A model generated the notes under the pieces. It was not told the DNA's origin and made no database searches. It worked only from the letters and a program-made list of their open reading frames with translations. A DNA stretch of 64,000 nt from positions 173,662,001 through 173,726,000 of the forward strand of contig OX597817.1 of NCBI GenBank assembly GCA_951406725.2, given 5' to 3'. This document shows, one piece after another, positions 1-13,062 of this stretch. The stretch comes from Octopus vulgaris (taxonomy: Eukaryota). How positions within the stretch are numbered: position 1 is the first letter of the stretch; each line of letters opens with the position of its first letter. Position numbers and translations under genes: made by a program.

Positions 1-218
1 ATTTCCCATAATGCATGGGTTGGACGGTTCACAGACCCCAATAGAACCGTCCAACCCATGCTAGCATGGAAAACGGACGCTAAACGATGATGATGATGAT
101 GATGAATGCAACACGTTTCCATGGAAGACTGGAAATAAAGGCCCCTGCTTGCATGATGGTGACATTCATTAACAGTTATCACATAAAATCAAGGCAACAA
201 GACAGTAAAACACACACA

Positions 219-960
219 CATCATCATCATCATCATCATTTAACGTCCATTTTCCATGCTGGCATGAGTTGGACAGTTTGACTGGGGACTGGTAAGCCAG
301 GAGGCCACACCAGGGTCCAATCTGATCTGGCAGTGTTTCTACAACTGGATGCTCTTCCTGATGCCAACCACTCCGAGAGTATAGTTGGTGCTTTTTACAT
401 GCCACCAGCATGGGAGCCAGTCAGGCAGAACTGGCATCGGCCACGTTCGGATGGTGCTTTTTACATACATGCTGCTGACACAGGAACCAATTGGGGCAGG
501 GAGGCTGGCATTGACCATGTTCAGATGGTGCTTTTTGGGGGGAACCAGTCAGATAGCACTAACAACAACCCACACATGCATGGTGCTTAATGCGTGCCAC
601 CAGCACGGGAGCCAGTGAGGTGGCACTGGCATCGGCCACAACTACAATTCCATTTGATTGTGATTTGATTTGATTTTACTTGACCCAAAAGGTCTCCTCA
701 AGCATGGAATGTCGCCCGACAATTCAAAGGTGCTTTTTAAATGGGCTGGTTATGTGACACTACTGTAGGTTACAGCTGTGATCTCACTTTACTTACCGGT
801 TCTTCTCAATCACAGCATATCTCCAGAGGTCTCGGTCTTTCGTTATTGCCTCTGTGAGGCCCAACGTTAGAAGGTCATGCTTCACCACCTCATCCCATGT
901 CTTCCTAGGTCTCCCTCTACCATGGGTTCCTTCCACTGTTAGAGAGTGACACGTGTGAGT
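219..960 (-). mobile_element. 5'-truncated RTE-clade LINE: end of ORF, 3' UTR with internal tandem repeats, (GAT)n tail
   Basis: Minus ORF 793-1008 reads GRGRPRKTWDEVVKHDL...KDRDLWRYAV, a typical RTE C-terminus. It continues without an obvious break into the family-A repeat body and a (GAT)n tail (CATCAT... at ~219-238). Confidence 0.8.
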
Positions 961-1819
961 GCACATGGTGCACACAGCTCTCCTCAGGCTTCTCTCAGTT
1001 TCCATCAACTAAATCCACTCATAAGGCTTTGGTCAGCCAGAGCCATAGCAGAAGACACTGACCCAAGGTGCCACACAATGGGACTGAACCCAAGATCATG
1101 TGATTGGGAAGCAAACTTCTTCCAACACATTCACACCTGGACCATACTTAAATATTACACGCAAACTAGTAGATGCCTGATTTTGTTCTTCGGTCTTTAA
1201 TTTTCATGCAAGTTAACCAGCAAATGAGTCAAAACAATCTACCCTAACCCTTTTTAGGGTGGTTACTTTAAAATATAATTAGGTAAACATATAAGCTTTA
1301 AAACAGTTACCAAGGAGCATACTGTGTTTAGTTCCAGTAATTTATTCTTAAAGAAATATTTCAGTGAAATTATTCAATGAATTATTCAAAAGAATTTAGT
1401 AGCAATTTAAATAACAAAGATAGTTTGTTATTGTTTTTTTTTTTTTTCTTAGTGCTATTTCTGGCTTCATAATACTATAATCTGTAATACCACAATCATT
1501 AACACATTTTTGTAGTCTGACCAACTACTCTGCTCTACCAAAATTAATCCCACACTTCTAGCCAATCCATGTACAAAGCTATAGTATCTTATGTGATTAT
1601 AATCTAATGAGGCAACAGAACCTGTCAGTGATCTGGTGATTAATCAACCGGAAATACTGTGTCCCTAATTAAACTCCTGATTTTACAAAACCCATAAACC
1701 TCTTTTTTTTTCTTTCTCTTTACAAACCAATGAGGGAACATCTATATGATTGCTTGATCTACTAAAAATATCAACCAAAATTTCCTTAAATCACATCCTA
1801 TTTCATAAGAAGACACTTG

Positions 1820-1820
<1 letters not shown>

Positions 1821-1888
<68 letters not shown>
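1821..1888. repeat. (TG)n microsatellite
   Basis: Pure TG run. Many similar runs elsewhere, e.g. ~3497-3541 and ~50056-50115. Confidence 0.95.
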
Positions 1889-1892
<4 letters not shown>

Positions 1893-2637
1893 CACATGGT
1901 GCATATGTGTGTGTTTTCCAAACATGGCCATCCAGATTTTTAATTTTGCTTTTCTTGCTTTTCCTCTTTCTCAGGCAGAAAAGAAAAAGAAATGAGACAG
2001 TCATGGTTGGAACACTTTTGAGTAGTCTGCTTAATCAAGTCTGAACTGCTACTCTCTTCAAAACCTTTCCTAACATTAATGATCCTTTCTACAACAGGCA
2101 CAAGGCCTCAAATTATAGGGTGAGGGGGGGGGGGCTAATCAATTAATTACATTAATCCTGGTGCTCAATTGGTACTTATTTCATTGACCTCAGCAGAATT
2201 TTAACTCACAACATAAAGACAGACAAAAATTATGCTAAGCATTTTGTCTGACATACTAATGACTCTGCCAGCTCACAGCAATATTTCTTGACATTAATGA
2301 TAAAAACTACTGTGACAGCCACAGATCCATGCTCCTACTGACAACATCACTCTTCCCATATACACACACTTTGTTCACTTAACAGTATTAACACTTATGC
2401 TTTTATATTGTTTATAAAACTTCACCACACTAACATCACAAATCTCAAAGAAGCAACCTGCACCCCATGCTCACATATCCATAATGGTTCACTTTCACAT
2501 CCCCACACAGACACAAACATACATTCGTGATACAGTCAAACAAAAAGCCTCATTTACTAATGCTTGACAAATATTGAACCACTACACTGCATTCTGTCCA
2601 ACCCGTCATTTCTACCAGTAATACAGCAATCATTTGT

Positions 2638-2812
2638 CTTTTACTTGTTTCAGTCAATAGACTGAGGTATGCTGGGGCACCGCCTTGAAGAGCATTTAGT
2701 CAAATAAATCAACTCCAGTACTTTTTCTTTTTGAGTCTCATACTTTTGGTCTCTTTTGCCAAATCACTAAGTTATGCAAATGTAAACAAATCTATAAAGG
2801 AGACATGTACAT

Positions 2813-2847
<35 letters not shown>

Positions 2848-3015
2848 TACATACATATACATATATGACAAACTTTTTTTACTTTTCATCAACCAGATTC
2901 ACTCACAAGGCTTTGATCAGCCTGGGGTTATTACAGAAGACACTTGCGAAAGTGTGCTGCACAGTGGGACATGGCAGGGAAGCAAGCTTCTTACCTATAC
3001 AGCCACACCTGCTCC
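2638..3015 (-). mobile_element. Decayed tRNA-derived SINE, family B
   Basis: Diverged match to the complete family-B copies at 27901-28312 and 50921-51330. Confidence 0.7.
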
Positions 3016-3493
3016 TCAAAACTCATCAACACTAAACCACACTATCTAAACGCAATTGATGTTGTATCTCCTCCCTAATCACTATTATCTCAAGCATTCA
3101 CCAATCTCCCACCCTAGAATCATCAATGCCACCACTGTAGGTCACCTATCCATCAATCTCATGTTTATCTCTAACGGTTTCACATATACTGCACTAACCC
3201 CACTGAGGACAACTGGTATGTAAATATGTGTGTGTGGGCATGTGACCAAGTGGTTAGAGTGTTACACTCACGATTGAGAGATCATGGGTGTAATTTCCTG
3301 GATGGGTCACTGCTTGGTGTTCTTGAGCAAAACATCTCATGTTGCTCTGCTGTCACATTGACATCTGACATGTGGCAAACCATGCACCAGTTCAGGCAAT
3401 GTTGATTTGATGGAAGGAGTGAGCTAATGTGCAGCTTAATCAGCAAGAAATTGCAAAACCCTCATCTGTCATCTACAACAGGACAGAAGAGAA

Positions 3494-3542
<49 letters not shown>

Positions 3543-4574
3543 ACGCACGCGCACATGTGTATAAATATGCACAATTCAGAATCTATTAAACAAATATTGC
3601 AGGCATATCCATGTGATTAAGAGGTTTGCTTGGCAGCCACATGATTTTGGGTTATGTCCCACTGCATGGAACCTTCAGTAAGTCATCATCATCATCATCA
3701 TCATCATCATTTAGCATCCGCTTTCCATGCTAGCATGGGTTGGACGATTTGACTGAGGACTGGCAAATCAGATGGCCGCACCAGGCTCCAATCTGTTCTG
3801 GCAGAGTTTCTACAGCTGTAGCCTCAGGTTGAATCAAGTTTGGTACCTGTCATATATGCATGTATGTGTGCATGTGTATATGTACACGCATGCATCTGTG
3901 TGTGTGTGTGTGTGTGTGCATGCATGCAAGTTTTTGTATTAATACTGTTCAACTAGCAGTGTTTACATTAATGTTTCTCATAAACAAAATGTTCAGCAGC
4001 TCAGCAATTTCTATGAAGTCTTGGAATAATGTACCCTACTTGAATAACAAGTACAGTTTGACGTCAATGAAAACATCCAGCCATAGAATACTGCCTCACC
4101 AAATTTCATCCAACTCATACCCCTATAGAAATAGCAGATCTAAAAACAATGGTGAGGGTGATAACTAATTATTTGTTTTATCCCCTTAATGATTTAGGAA
4201 CATATTAAAATGAAAATTTATTTTTGTTTTGTTACCGCAATTTTTTAACAGCAGCTTTGTTGATTACGGGTTTCCGACGGGGCCAACCATTACATCACTG
4301 CATTTTTGATAGTGTGAGCAATAAAGGAGCATCTACAACATAGTGTACTTCATTCAAAGAGCACTTGGGCAGTTATTTTGAAGTTCAGAACTCTTTTAGC
4401 AAAGTGATGTCTAAACTGGTTGAAACCAAGCAATGGTATGAATCCTTCTATCATGGGTTAGGTTCCTATCAAGGCTTGATCTTAACCTTGAAAACTATTA
4501 AAGCACTGACTTTTCACTGATATTTGCATCCTCTAATGATGTACAGCAAAAGCTATAAACACACATACATAGAG

Positions 4575-5112
4575 TAAAGACTGCCTTTGGTCATGAATGA
4601 CAATGGGTTGCACCAAGATAGTTCCCCTCTGAGACACAAGTCTGGGTAAGATTGTTTATGGAAGACCAGTAGATGCCCATGCACACCTGCTTCCCCTCTC
4701 CACACCGCCAATGTTATCCAAGGGAAAGGCAAGAATTTGGACCTGGAGATCTCCATTTCCAACAACTTCGAGGGCCACCTCCCAGTGGTGTCAGGCGTCA
4801 ATGAAGAGCCCTCAACTACAACAAGACAACCAAAGTTTTATTTTTTACCAAGGTCTGGGGTCTCCCGCCCCTAAGCCCTAGACCATCACCTAATCACCCT
4901 TACCCATCTTGTTATTTAACAACAACAACAAGGGAAAGGCAAAGGCCAATACAGCTTGGTGCCAGTGATATCGCAACTCACTTCTACAGCTGTGTGAACT
5001 GGAGCAACGTGAAATAAAGTGTCTTGCTCAAGAATACAACACACTGCCTGATCTGGGAATTGAACTCACTACCTCATAATTGTGAGCCCACTGCCCTAAC
5101 CACTGATCCACA
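4575..5112 (-). mobile_element. tRNA-headed SINE interrupted by a nested insertion
   Basis: Minus-strand head with A-box-like TCAGTGGTTAGGGCAG and B-box-like GAGTTCAATTCC near 5050-5110. Body is split at 4733-4928. Confidence 0.65.
4733..4928 (+). mobile_element. Nested 196-bp retroposed fragment with (AAC)n tail and 14-bp TSD
   Basis: CAAGGGAAAGGCAA is duplicated at 4719-4732 and 4929-4942. The insert ends in an AAC repeat. Confidence 0.8.
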
Positions 5113-6820
5113 TCCAGACATATTTGACAGGTTTCAACATAGTTTCAGACAATCAAATTTCACCTATAAGATATTGGGTCAACCCAAGGCTTTGGTAGAA
5201 GATCCTTAATCAAGGTGCCACATAATAGGATCGAACCCAGTACCATGTGGTTGCAAAGGAAACTCCTTCACCACACAGCCATATTTGTGTCCATATAGAT
5301 GGTAGATATCTGTGTGAAACAGATGCACAAACACTATCTCTTTCCCCCTATCTAGAAAAGCAGGTTGGCTTCTTCAGAGGAATGTGTTAAAAATAATATA
5401 GACAGGTAAACATTCAAAATACAAAAAACATAAATTATTAGGTCACTGGTATGACTAGTATGAATTCGATTTTAACTGTACTTGATTGTACAATGGAACT
5501 CACTTTCACAAGTTGATTTACACATGTGATTCTCTGTTACCATAAACACAACATTATATATACATGAAGTATACACAATCACTTAACAAAGCTGAGTGCT
5601 AATGAAACTTTTTTTTTTATCTTTATGGAAAGTTTAAAATAAATGCTAACAAATATATTTTCATGTTACTATCTTGACTTAACCTACCCCAAAAACATTG
5701 TGATAAAACTTGACAAAGAATATTCAGAAACTATTAGATCTAAAAAGAAAAACCCATATAAGAAAGACAAGTATAGCAGTTATAGGAACAAGGAGTTAGT
5801 AAATAACTTTGTTGAAGAATAATTACAGTAAATTAAATCAAATGCAGTATATTACTGGTACATATTGTACTGACCTCTCCCTCCTCATCCCCAGAGAAAT
5901 TAAAGGCAAAGTTAACACCTAGCAGGAGTGTGAATACAACCAAACAAGGGTAAAATTAAAATCAGTCAGGCATTTTAATTTTGTAGCCTACCATTTCTGA
6001 AAGTATGCTGCTCTTCATTGTCTAACCATTAACATCAAGGAAATGAGAAAAATTGTTTAATGAGAAATTAGTAATTAAATCCAAGATTTTCTGTTATATA
6101 CAATGGTATGGATTCAGGAAGGAAGATAAGAAAAGATTTTAAGATGAACTAATATATCAGCAAAGATAATCACTTGTATTCAACAGGAAAAGGAAAAGTT
6201 AAAAGATACAATCAATGTACATTATTTAGTTTTTCAACTTCGCAAGGGAGGAGCCTCTTTCTCTTTGTGGCCATCCTGCTAAAAATAGTAGTCAAATCTT
6301 TCTCAAATCTCACCATCATCATCATCATCACCACTTTTTTAACAGCTATGCTGGCATGGGATGGACTGTTTGAAAGAATCCAACAAGTCGGAGGACTGGC
6401 ATGCTATACTTTCTGCTTTGGCTTAGCTTCTACAGCTGGATGCCCTTCCTAACATCACTGAGTGTTTTATAGTTATTAAAAAATATATAGGTAGGACACA
6501 TGAGCCAAAGAAGGAGCACTTAAACTGTTGGCTTAAACAAGACAACGGTATGAATATTTCTATCATGAACAAGGCTCTTAACAAGGTTTGATCATGGCCC
6601 TGAAGCACTTGTTATTAAGTACTTGTTTATTAATTATACTGGAGTCTAATGGCATGTTGATCTAATTTTGTTTCACTTGTGGTGTCTAAAAACAGACTAG
6701 TAGACTGAGCCAGTGAAAGTTCAGCGCTTTAGCTCTGAATGCAGCAGAATGCAGGTGGCGAGATACAAACCAATACAAACAATTCGGCTCATAACTTGAC
6801 ACCTTACTGACTGAGTAAGA

Positions 6821-6916
6821 AATGCAATAAGTAGTTTTGTTCCAGATAAAAATTCAGCTTTCACATCAATGCAATAAGTAGTTTTGTTCCAGATAAAAAT
6901 TCAGCTTTCACATCAA
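6821..6916. repeat. Tandem duplication, 47-bp unit x2
   Basis: AATGCAATAAGTAGTTTTGTTCCAGATAAAAATTCAGCTTTCACATC starts at 6821 and again at 6868. Confidence 0.9.
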
Positions 6917-6944
6917 GTGCCCTAACTGCAAATAGTTTTTTTAC

Positions 6945-7232
6945 CGAACGTGGCCGTAGCCAGTACCGTATTGACTGGCCTCCGTGCCGGTGGCACGTAA
7001 AAAACACCATCCGAGCGTGGCCGTTCGCCAGCCTCATCTGGTACCTGTGTCGGTGGCACATAAAATCACCCACTACACTCTCGGAGTGGTTGGCGTTAGG
7101 AAGGGCATCCAGCTGTAGAAACACTGCCAGATCTGACTGGCCTGGTGCAGCCGTCGGGCTTCCCAGACTCCAGTTGAACCGTCCAACCCATGCTAGCATG
7201 GAAAGCGGACGTTAAACGATGATGATGATGAT
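6945..7232 (+). mobile_element. Family-A retroposon (RTE 3'-UTR-related SINE-like element) with (GAT)n tail
   Basis: GTGCCGGTGGCACGTAAAA units, GGCGTTAGGAAGGGCATCCAGCTGTAGAAAC motif, CCATGCTAGCATGG palindrome and GATGATGAT tail. Confidence 0.85.
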
Positions 7233-7542
7233 GAATAAAAAATTAAATTAATCTAGGGTAGATATGTTACCTTAATGACATTCAGAGTTGCATAAGAAAG
7301 TTAATACTGAACTGAATATTAGATAGAATATTATGACAAGTTGAAATGCAAAAAATAAGCAAATAAGCTGAGTGAGTATGAAAGAGAGAGAGAGAGAGAG
7401 AGAGAAATAAATGCAAAAATTAAGATCATAATGAAGACTGGAGACAAAGCAAACTTAACATTTTAGTTTTGTAGGAAAAAATCCCTAGGGAAAATTGAGA
7501 GACAAAAAGAATGTTTCATCATGTACACACACACACACACAC

Positions 7543-7902
7543 AGGTGTGGGTAAGAAGCTTGCTTTTTAACCACATGCTTTTGATTTCAGTCCCACTGCA
7601 TAGCACCTTGGGCAAGCGTCTTCTGCTATAGACTTAGGCTGATCAAAGCCTTGTGAGTGAATTTGGTAGATGGAAACTGAAAGTAGCCCATTGTGTGTGT
7701 GTGTCTTAATCCCCTCAATACCATTTGATAACAGGTGTTGGTGTATTTACGTCCCCATAACTTAGCGGTTCAGCAAATGTGATCCATAGAATAAGTACTA
7801 AGATTCAGAAAAAAAAAGTCCTGAGGTCAATTTGTCCATCTTAAAATCCTTCCAGGAAGTACCCCAGCATGGCTACTGACAAATGACTAAAATAAGCAAA
7901 AG
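7543..7902 (+). mobile_element. Decayed family-B SINE
   Basis: Diverged match to 50921-51330. Confidence 0.7.
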
Positions 7903-8039
7903 ATTTTTTAAATTTTTTTCTTTTTAAAAATCCACAACCTTCCATCTCAATAAACCACTACTGTCCCTGAAAGTTGTTTTTTTATATTTACTACAGATTG
8001 TTTAAAGCTAACTTTCTTCCTACACCTTGATCCCTGGAT

Positions 8040-8084
<45 letters not shown>

Positions 8085-8085
<1 letters not shown>

Positions 8086-9355
8086 TAGCTGAAAGATTCA
8101 GCACTGCCAGAGTTACTGCTGTCCTTATTCAGATAAGTAAACAAAGATATATTCTCATAATTATTTCAAAATATATTTTATTAAAAAAATATATAAATTG
8201 TAATGATAATAGAATTTAGAACTGAAGATCTGTCAATCTTGAAGCACCTCAGAGTAAACAATATTCACTGAGTAATTTTTTGTTGGTGTTGAAATGAATA
8301 AATTGTTGCTGCTTTCAACTCGCGAGCAAGCAACACAGAGTTGGCCATGGGAGAGGCATGTAGTGGAGAGATAAAGTCCAAGTACTTTGAGGGATTGACC
8401 CTGAGATATCATCATCATCATCATTTAGCATCCGTTTTCCATGCTAGCATGGGTTGGACGGTTCAACTGGGGTCTGTGAAGCTGGAAGGCCGCACCAGGC
8501 TCCAATCTGATCTGGCAATGTTTCTACAGCTGGATGCCCTTCCTAACGCCAACCACTCCGTGAGTGTAGTGGGTGCTTTTTACGTGCCACCCGCACAGGT
8601 GCCAGACAGAGCTAGCAAACGGCCACGAAACGGATGGTGCTTTTACATGTCACCGGCACGGGGGCCAGGTGAGGCTGGCAACGGATGGTGCTTTTACATG
8701 CCACCGACACGGGGGCCAGACAGAGCTGGCAAACGGACATGAACGGATGGTGCTTTTACGTGCCATTTGTTAATTGAAATACCAAAACTTAGTTTGACTA
8801 GAAACTGAAGCATCTTAAATTCAAATGGAACAACTGTATGAGAGGTATGAGAGGAATTTCTGGACTAAGGACATTTTCTCCTTTGTGACTACCTGTTATG
8901 ATTGTTGCCTGTAGGACATGGGGATTCATGGAAGCAACAATTAAGCATGTTCCATTACACAGGCGAGGTGGGTCAAGATTTCTAAGCAACATAATGGGAT
9001 CACCCACTTTTAGTGGCAAGTTATGCGGTGGCATCCCATTGAAGAAGCTGAGTTTATCAACCATTTTATTAGCTGAAGCTAGTATAGCTCTTTCACATCT
9101 GGTTTTCCATATGTCCTGACATGTCATAGCATCATGTGTTCGTTCATGCATATATTGAGGATCACCTGTAAATGATGACAGGGGGATTATAAGTTGTCCC
9201 AAGTTTTGAATATCCTATCTGTCCTCAGAGCCTCTTGGAGTTGAACGTAGTTTTTAGCCTTTAACATTCTTTGCTTGTCACAAATGTAGAGGAGACGTTG
9301 ACTCTTAACTTTAGCATACGTATCAACCAGGTATTGCTGAAATAGATCACAATAC
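8085..9355 (-). mobile_element. Internally deleted, pseudogenised Helitron (Rep and PIF1-like helicase remnants) with 3' CTAG terminus
   Basis: Minus-strand peptides LFQQYLVDTYAKVKSQRL and SSFTGDPQYMHE (RepHel N-terminal region), GMPPHNLPLKVGDPIMLLRNLDPPRLCNGT and FGISINK/SQGQSL...SHGQLCVACSRV (PIF1 C-terminal motifs). Ends CTAG followed by T at 8085-8088. Confidence 0.9.
8409..8765 (-). mobile_element. Family-A retroposon inserted into the Helitron helicase
   Basis: About four internal GGTGCTTTTTACGTGCCA units and a (CAT)n end. Separates the INK codons from the SQGQ codons. Confidence 0.85.
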
Positions 9356-10390
9356 ATTATCATCATTATCATTTAACATCTGCCTTCCATGCTGGCATGG
9401 GTGGGACAGTTTGACAAGAGCTGGCCAAGCAGAAGCCTGCACCAGAATTCTACAACTGTTTTGGCAGGGTTTTTACAGCTGGATGCCCTTTTCTAACACC
9501 AACCACTCAGCAGAGTGGACATAGTGCTTTTTATGTGGCACAAGCACAGGTGAAGTCAGTTTTGGCAAGGTTTTTTTACAGCTGGATGCCCTTCCAAATG
9601 CCAACTACTTTACAGTATGTGGATGCTTAAGTGGCACTGACTGTGTCACCAAGTAACCTGCAAGGCAAAAATCTTTTGAGAAGGGATGGGCATTGGAGGA
9701 GGTGATCTTATCTCAGATGATGAAAGGTTATAGTGAGACAGAAACAGGTGTCTTGCTGTAGAAGAGGGACAAGGTTACTTGGCTGGAGAGAGAGAGACAG
9801 ACAGACAGACAAATACACACATACACACACAAATGCATTATATATGTACAATATATATGCATGGATTATATAAATCTATCATACCTTAACCATGAACACT
9901 TAGCATATAGCCATCTCCCCCTTTCTCAAATACACTCCCACTCGGACATGAGGTTTTTTTCTTTCTCCTTTTATTTTTTTGTTTTGCAAGTGACTGGGCA
10001 ATCTTACGAGTACCAATAGCACACAAAAACAAAACTGCACTCAGAACACACTGTAAAAAGCATTCAGCCCTAGCAAACATGCCAAAGCTGACATTAGAGC
10101 CTTATGCAGCTCATCAGACCTTGTTAATCTGTTCAACCCATGCCAGCATGGAAAACAGATGTTAAATGATGATGATGCATATATATACACACGTGTGTCT
10201 GTGTCTATACACACACATGAATTTGGACTAGTTAAACTACAATTTTAAAACCTTCACTGTGAAAATACATTGTTATTCTCTTCATCCACAGGATAATAAA
10301 GGAAACTGTCCAGGCATGTGTCATGGTTCATTGACTACTCACGAGAGAACAAGTATCACCTCATTCTTCTGCCTTTGAAGCAATAGTTAT

Positions 10391-10845
10391 TTAACGTTTT
10401 AGCATTTACACCAGCTATATTTGGCCAGAATATTCTACCTTGTTTTATGTTCAAGCAAGTCAGATCCAGCCTCTCACACCTACTCTACAATGTCATTCCA
10501 AAAATTAACTAATCACATCATCAAAATCTTGAAGCTATTGCATCATTAATTCATATTAATTCATAAAATATTGCATCATTAATTCAAACAAGCATCATCA
10601 TCATCACCATCATCGTTTAACATCTGCTTTCCATGCAAGCATGTGTTGAATGGTTTGACATGGAGCTGTCCTGACTCCAACTGTCTGTTGTGGCATGGTT
10701 ACTATGGCTGGATACCCTTCTTAATGCCAATCACTTAACAGAATGTGCTGGGTACTTTCTACATGCCACTGGCATGGGTGCACTTACACAGCACCAGTAC
10801 CTAAGCATTACATTTGATAAAAGAATCTGAATGATAAAGGGTTGA
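10391..10845 (+). mobile_element. piggyBac-like MITE with nested family-A fragment (~10593-10800)
   Basis: Ends TTAACGTTTTAGCATT and AATGATAAAGGGTTGA. Interior matches 13064-13290. Confidence 0.6.
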
Positions 10846-11129
10846 ATCAAATACAGTCTAGAAATTAGCTGCAATAGCTACATGAATTTGCTTAGCTAAT
10901 TAAATTGTTTATTTACAACACTAACCTCAAGAAAATAGTCAGCTATCTGATCACCTACCAATCAGGAAAACACACAAACCAGATAGATATTGTAGTTGTA
11001 AGGAAACAGGAAAGACAGAATGTCTGTGTGAATACACTGCTCAACATTGACAGGTGATTAGTGACTTCAGACTAAGTACTAGATAGACCCAGAGGCACAC
11101 GACAAGGAAGGATTGGAAGCCGGAAAAAG

Positions 11130-12770
11130 CCCTCAACCATTTGTAGGTTCAGAGAAATACAAATTGACACATGGAACAGGAATGAGGAGGAGACAGAAAC
11201 TTATAACATAGAAAGAAAACTGGAAAATTCTATGAGAGCCTGTTGAGAGCTACAGATTGGATTTGTGGCTGATGCAAGATTCCAAACTAAGCAGATGGAG
11301 ATATGTGGAATAGAACTGTATGTAAAGCTGTAGAGCTATATAAAAGGAGAGGTCTCAAAGGACTGGAAGAAAGGTGGGCAGCAGAAAACAATACCAAGTA
11401 GCTAGAAGAGAAACAAGATAGCAATTAAATTAGCAAAAAACAAGAGGTGTACACATGGTCTGTAGTGTGAGGATGAAAAGCATGAAGTGTCCTGGATTGC
11501 AAACTGATAGATTAGAGATGGGAAGCATTAGAAAGAAATGTGAATGAAGTGACAGTCACTCAACAGCACTTACTAATGCTGAAGCATGGAAATGCGATTA
11601 CCAGAGTTTGAATGGAAGAGATAAGGTTTTTACTCCCCTATAGAGAGATCAGCATTTGAAGCCGACAACAGTAGAATGGTAGAAAGTATGATTAAGGATA
11701 TGAAAGCAGGGGAAAGCAGCTAGATCATCAGGGTTAGTTGCTGAGGTGCTTAAAGTATCTGGTGGCAGTTATTTACATAGTTGATCAGGGAGTTCAGTTT
11801 TATGCTTAAAATATCACTCAACAGACACACAGTCAGTTAATTTCAGGCCAAGATGTCCTGTTCCAAGTGAGACAACTGTAGAAATACTTAGCAACTTGGA
11901 GAAAACTTTTTAACAGAATTGCACTATCTGTATTTCTCTGGACTACAGATAATGGAAGATAGATTGTGAGAGCCATAGAAGTACTGTCTGCAAATTGAGA
12001 GCTAGCAAGTTCAGCAAAGAATTTAGTATGTAAGTAGGAAGTCCATAACTTCTCAGTTCTCAGCCCCCTCCTAACCATAACAGAGAAGTTTAAGACCAGC
12101 TGTCTGTGAGAACTGCTGTATGCTAATGACCTAGTTCTTACAATTGAATATGTAGATGAATTAGAGAAAGCAAATTCCAGACATGGAAACGAACTTAAAA
12201 ACTGAGAGGTCTCAATGTAAACTTAGCAAAGATTGAGATTTTAGTTAGTCAGCAGTAAATAAAAAGCAGGCCTGTTGCTATGAAGGAAATGGCCATGTTC
12301 TAATATGCAGAAAAAGATTAAGTAGAAATGTCATACAGTGTACTCATTGTAAACTATGGATGCACAAGAAATGTAATGGAATCACAAGCAGCTGATGGAG
12401 AAGATAAATTTTTTCAAGTGGCAGATACACAGAAGCAGGCATCAGTATGAGAACACATGAAAAAGATTTCTTTCAATTGCCCAGAAGACTCTTTGGATGT
12501 AGTTGATAGATTTTGTTACCTAGGTGATCTAATTAACGGTGAAGGTGGGTATTTTGAGGATACAGTAACAGGTGGCAAAAGATCAGAGAACTATTACCTC
12601 TGCTGGTAACAAAGGATTTCTCTCTCACGTATATAAAATGCAATACTACATGGTAGCAAAATACAAGCCTTGAATACAACATATATATATATAAAGGCTA
12701 GAAAGAAATGAAGCCAACATACTCTTGTGTAAATTTAGTGTACATGAATGACAGAGCACAAATGAGTTGG
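11130..12770 (+). mobile_element. Heavily decayed RTE-clade LINE (RT region and C-terminal part)
   Basis: Residual peptides ELLYANDLVL (~12110-12140, YADD-type), CKLWMHKKC, VDRFCYLGD and RELLPLL, with many stops and frameshifts. Confidence 0.75.
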
Positions 12771-13062
12771 ATGTACTTTGAATCTGTCTTAATCTAGATC
12801 TCATGATTACTTAGCATATTTGTATATTCTATACCTACCACACACATACATATGAATTTGCCAACCTTGTTCAGTTGAATACCAGCACAACATTGGTATC
12901 ATCAAATAAACTTATACATCAGTTTTCTTTGGTTTCATAGTTAGAGCTTATCTAACTACCCAGACACTTCATTTTACCTGGATTTAGTTGTTGTGTCTGT
13001 TCTTGCAAAAGTGAAGTAGATAGCTGATATTAGGTTTTGAGTTCAAATCTGCAATAGGTATT

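Noticed and set aside
8570-8765. Regularly spaced GGATGGTGCTTTT repeats with variable intervening sequence (CRISPR-like appearance)
   Set aside because: The intervening segments are homologous to each other, the array lies inside a dispersed retroposon, and there are no cas genes. This is eukaryotic DNA.
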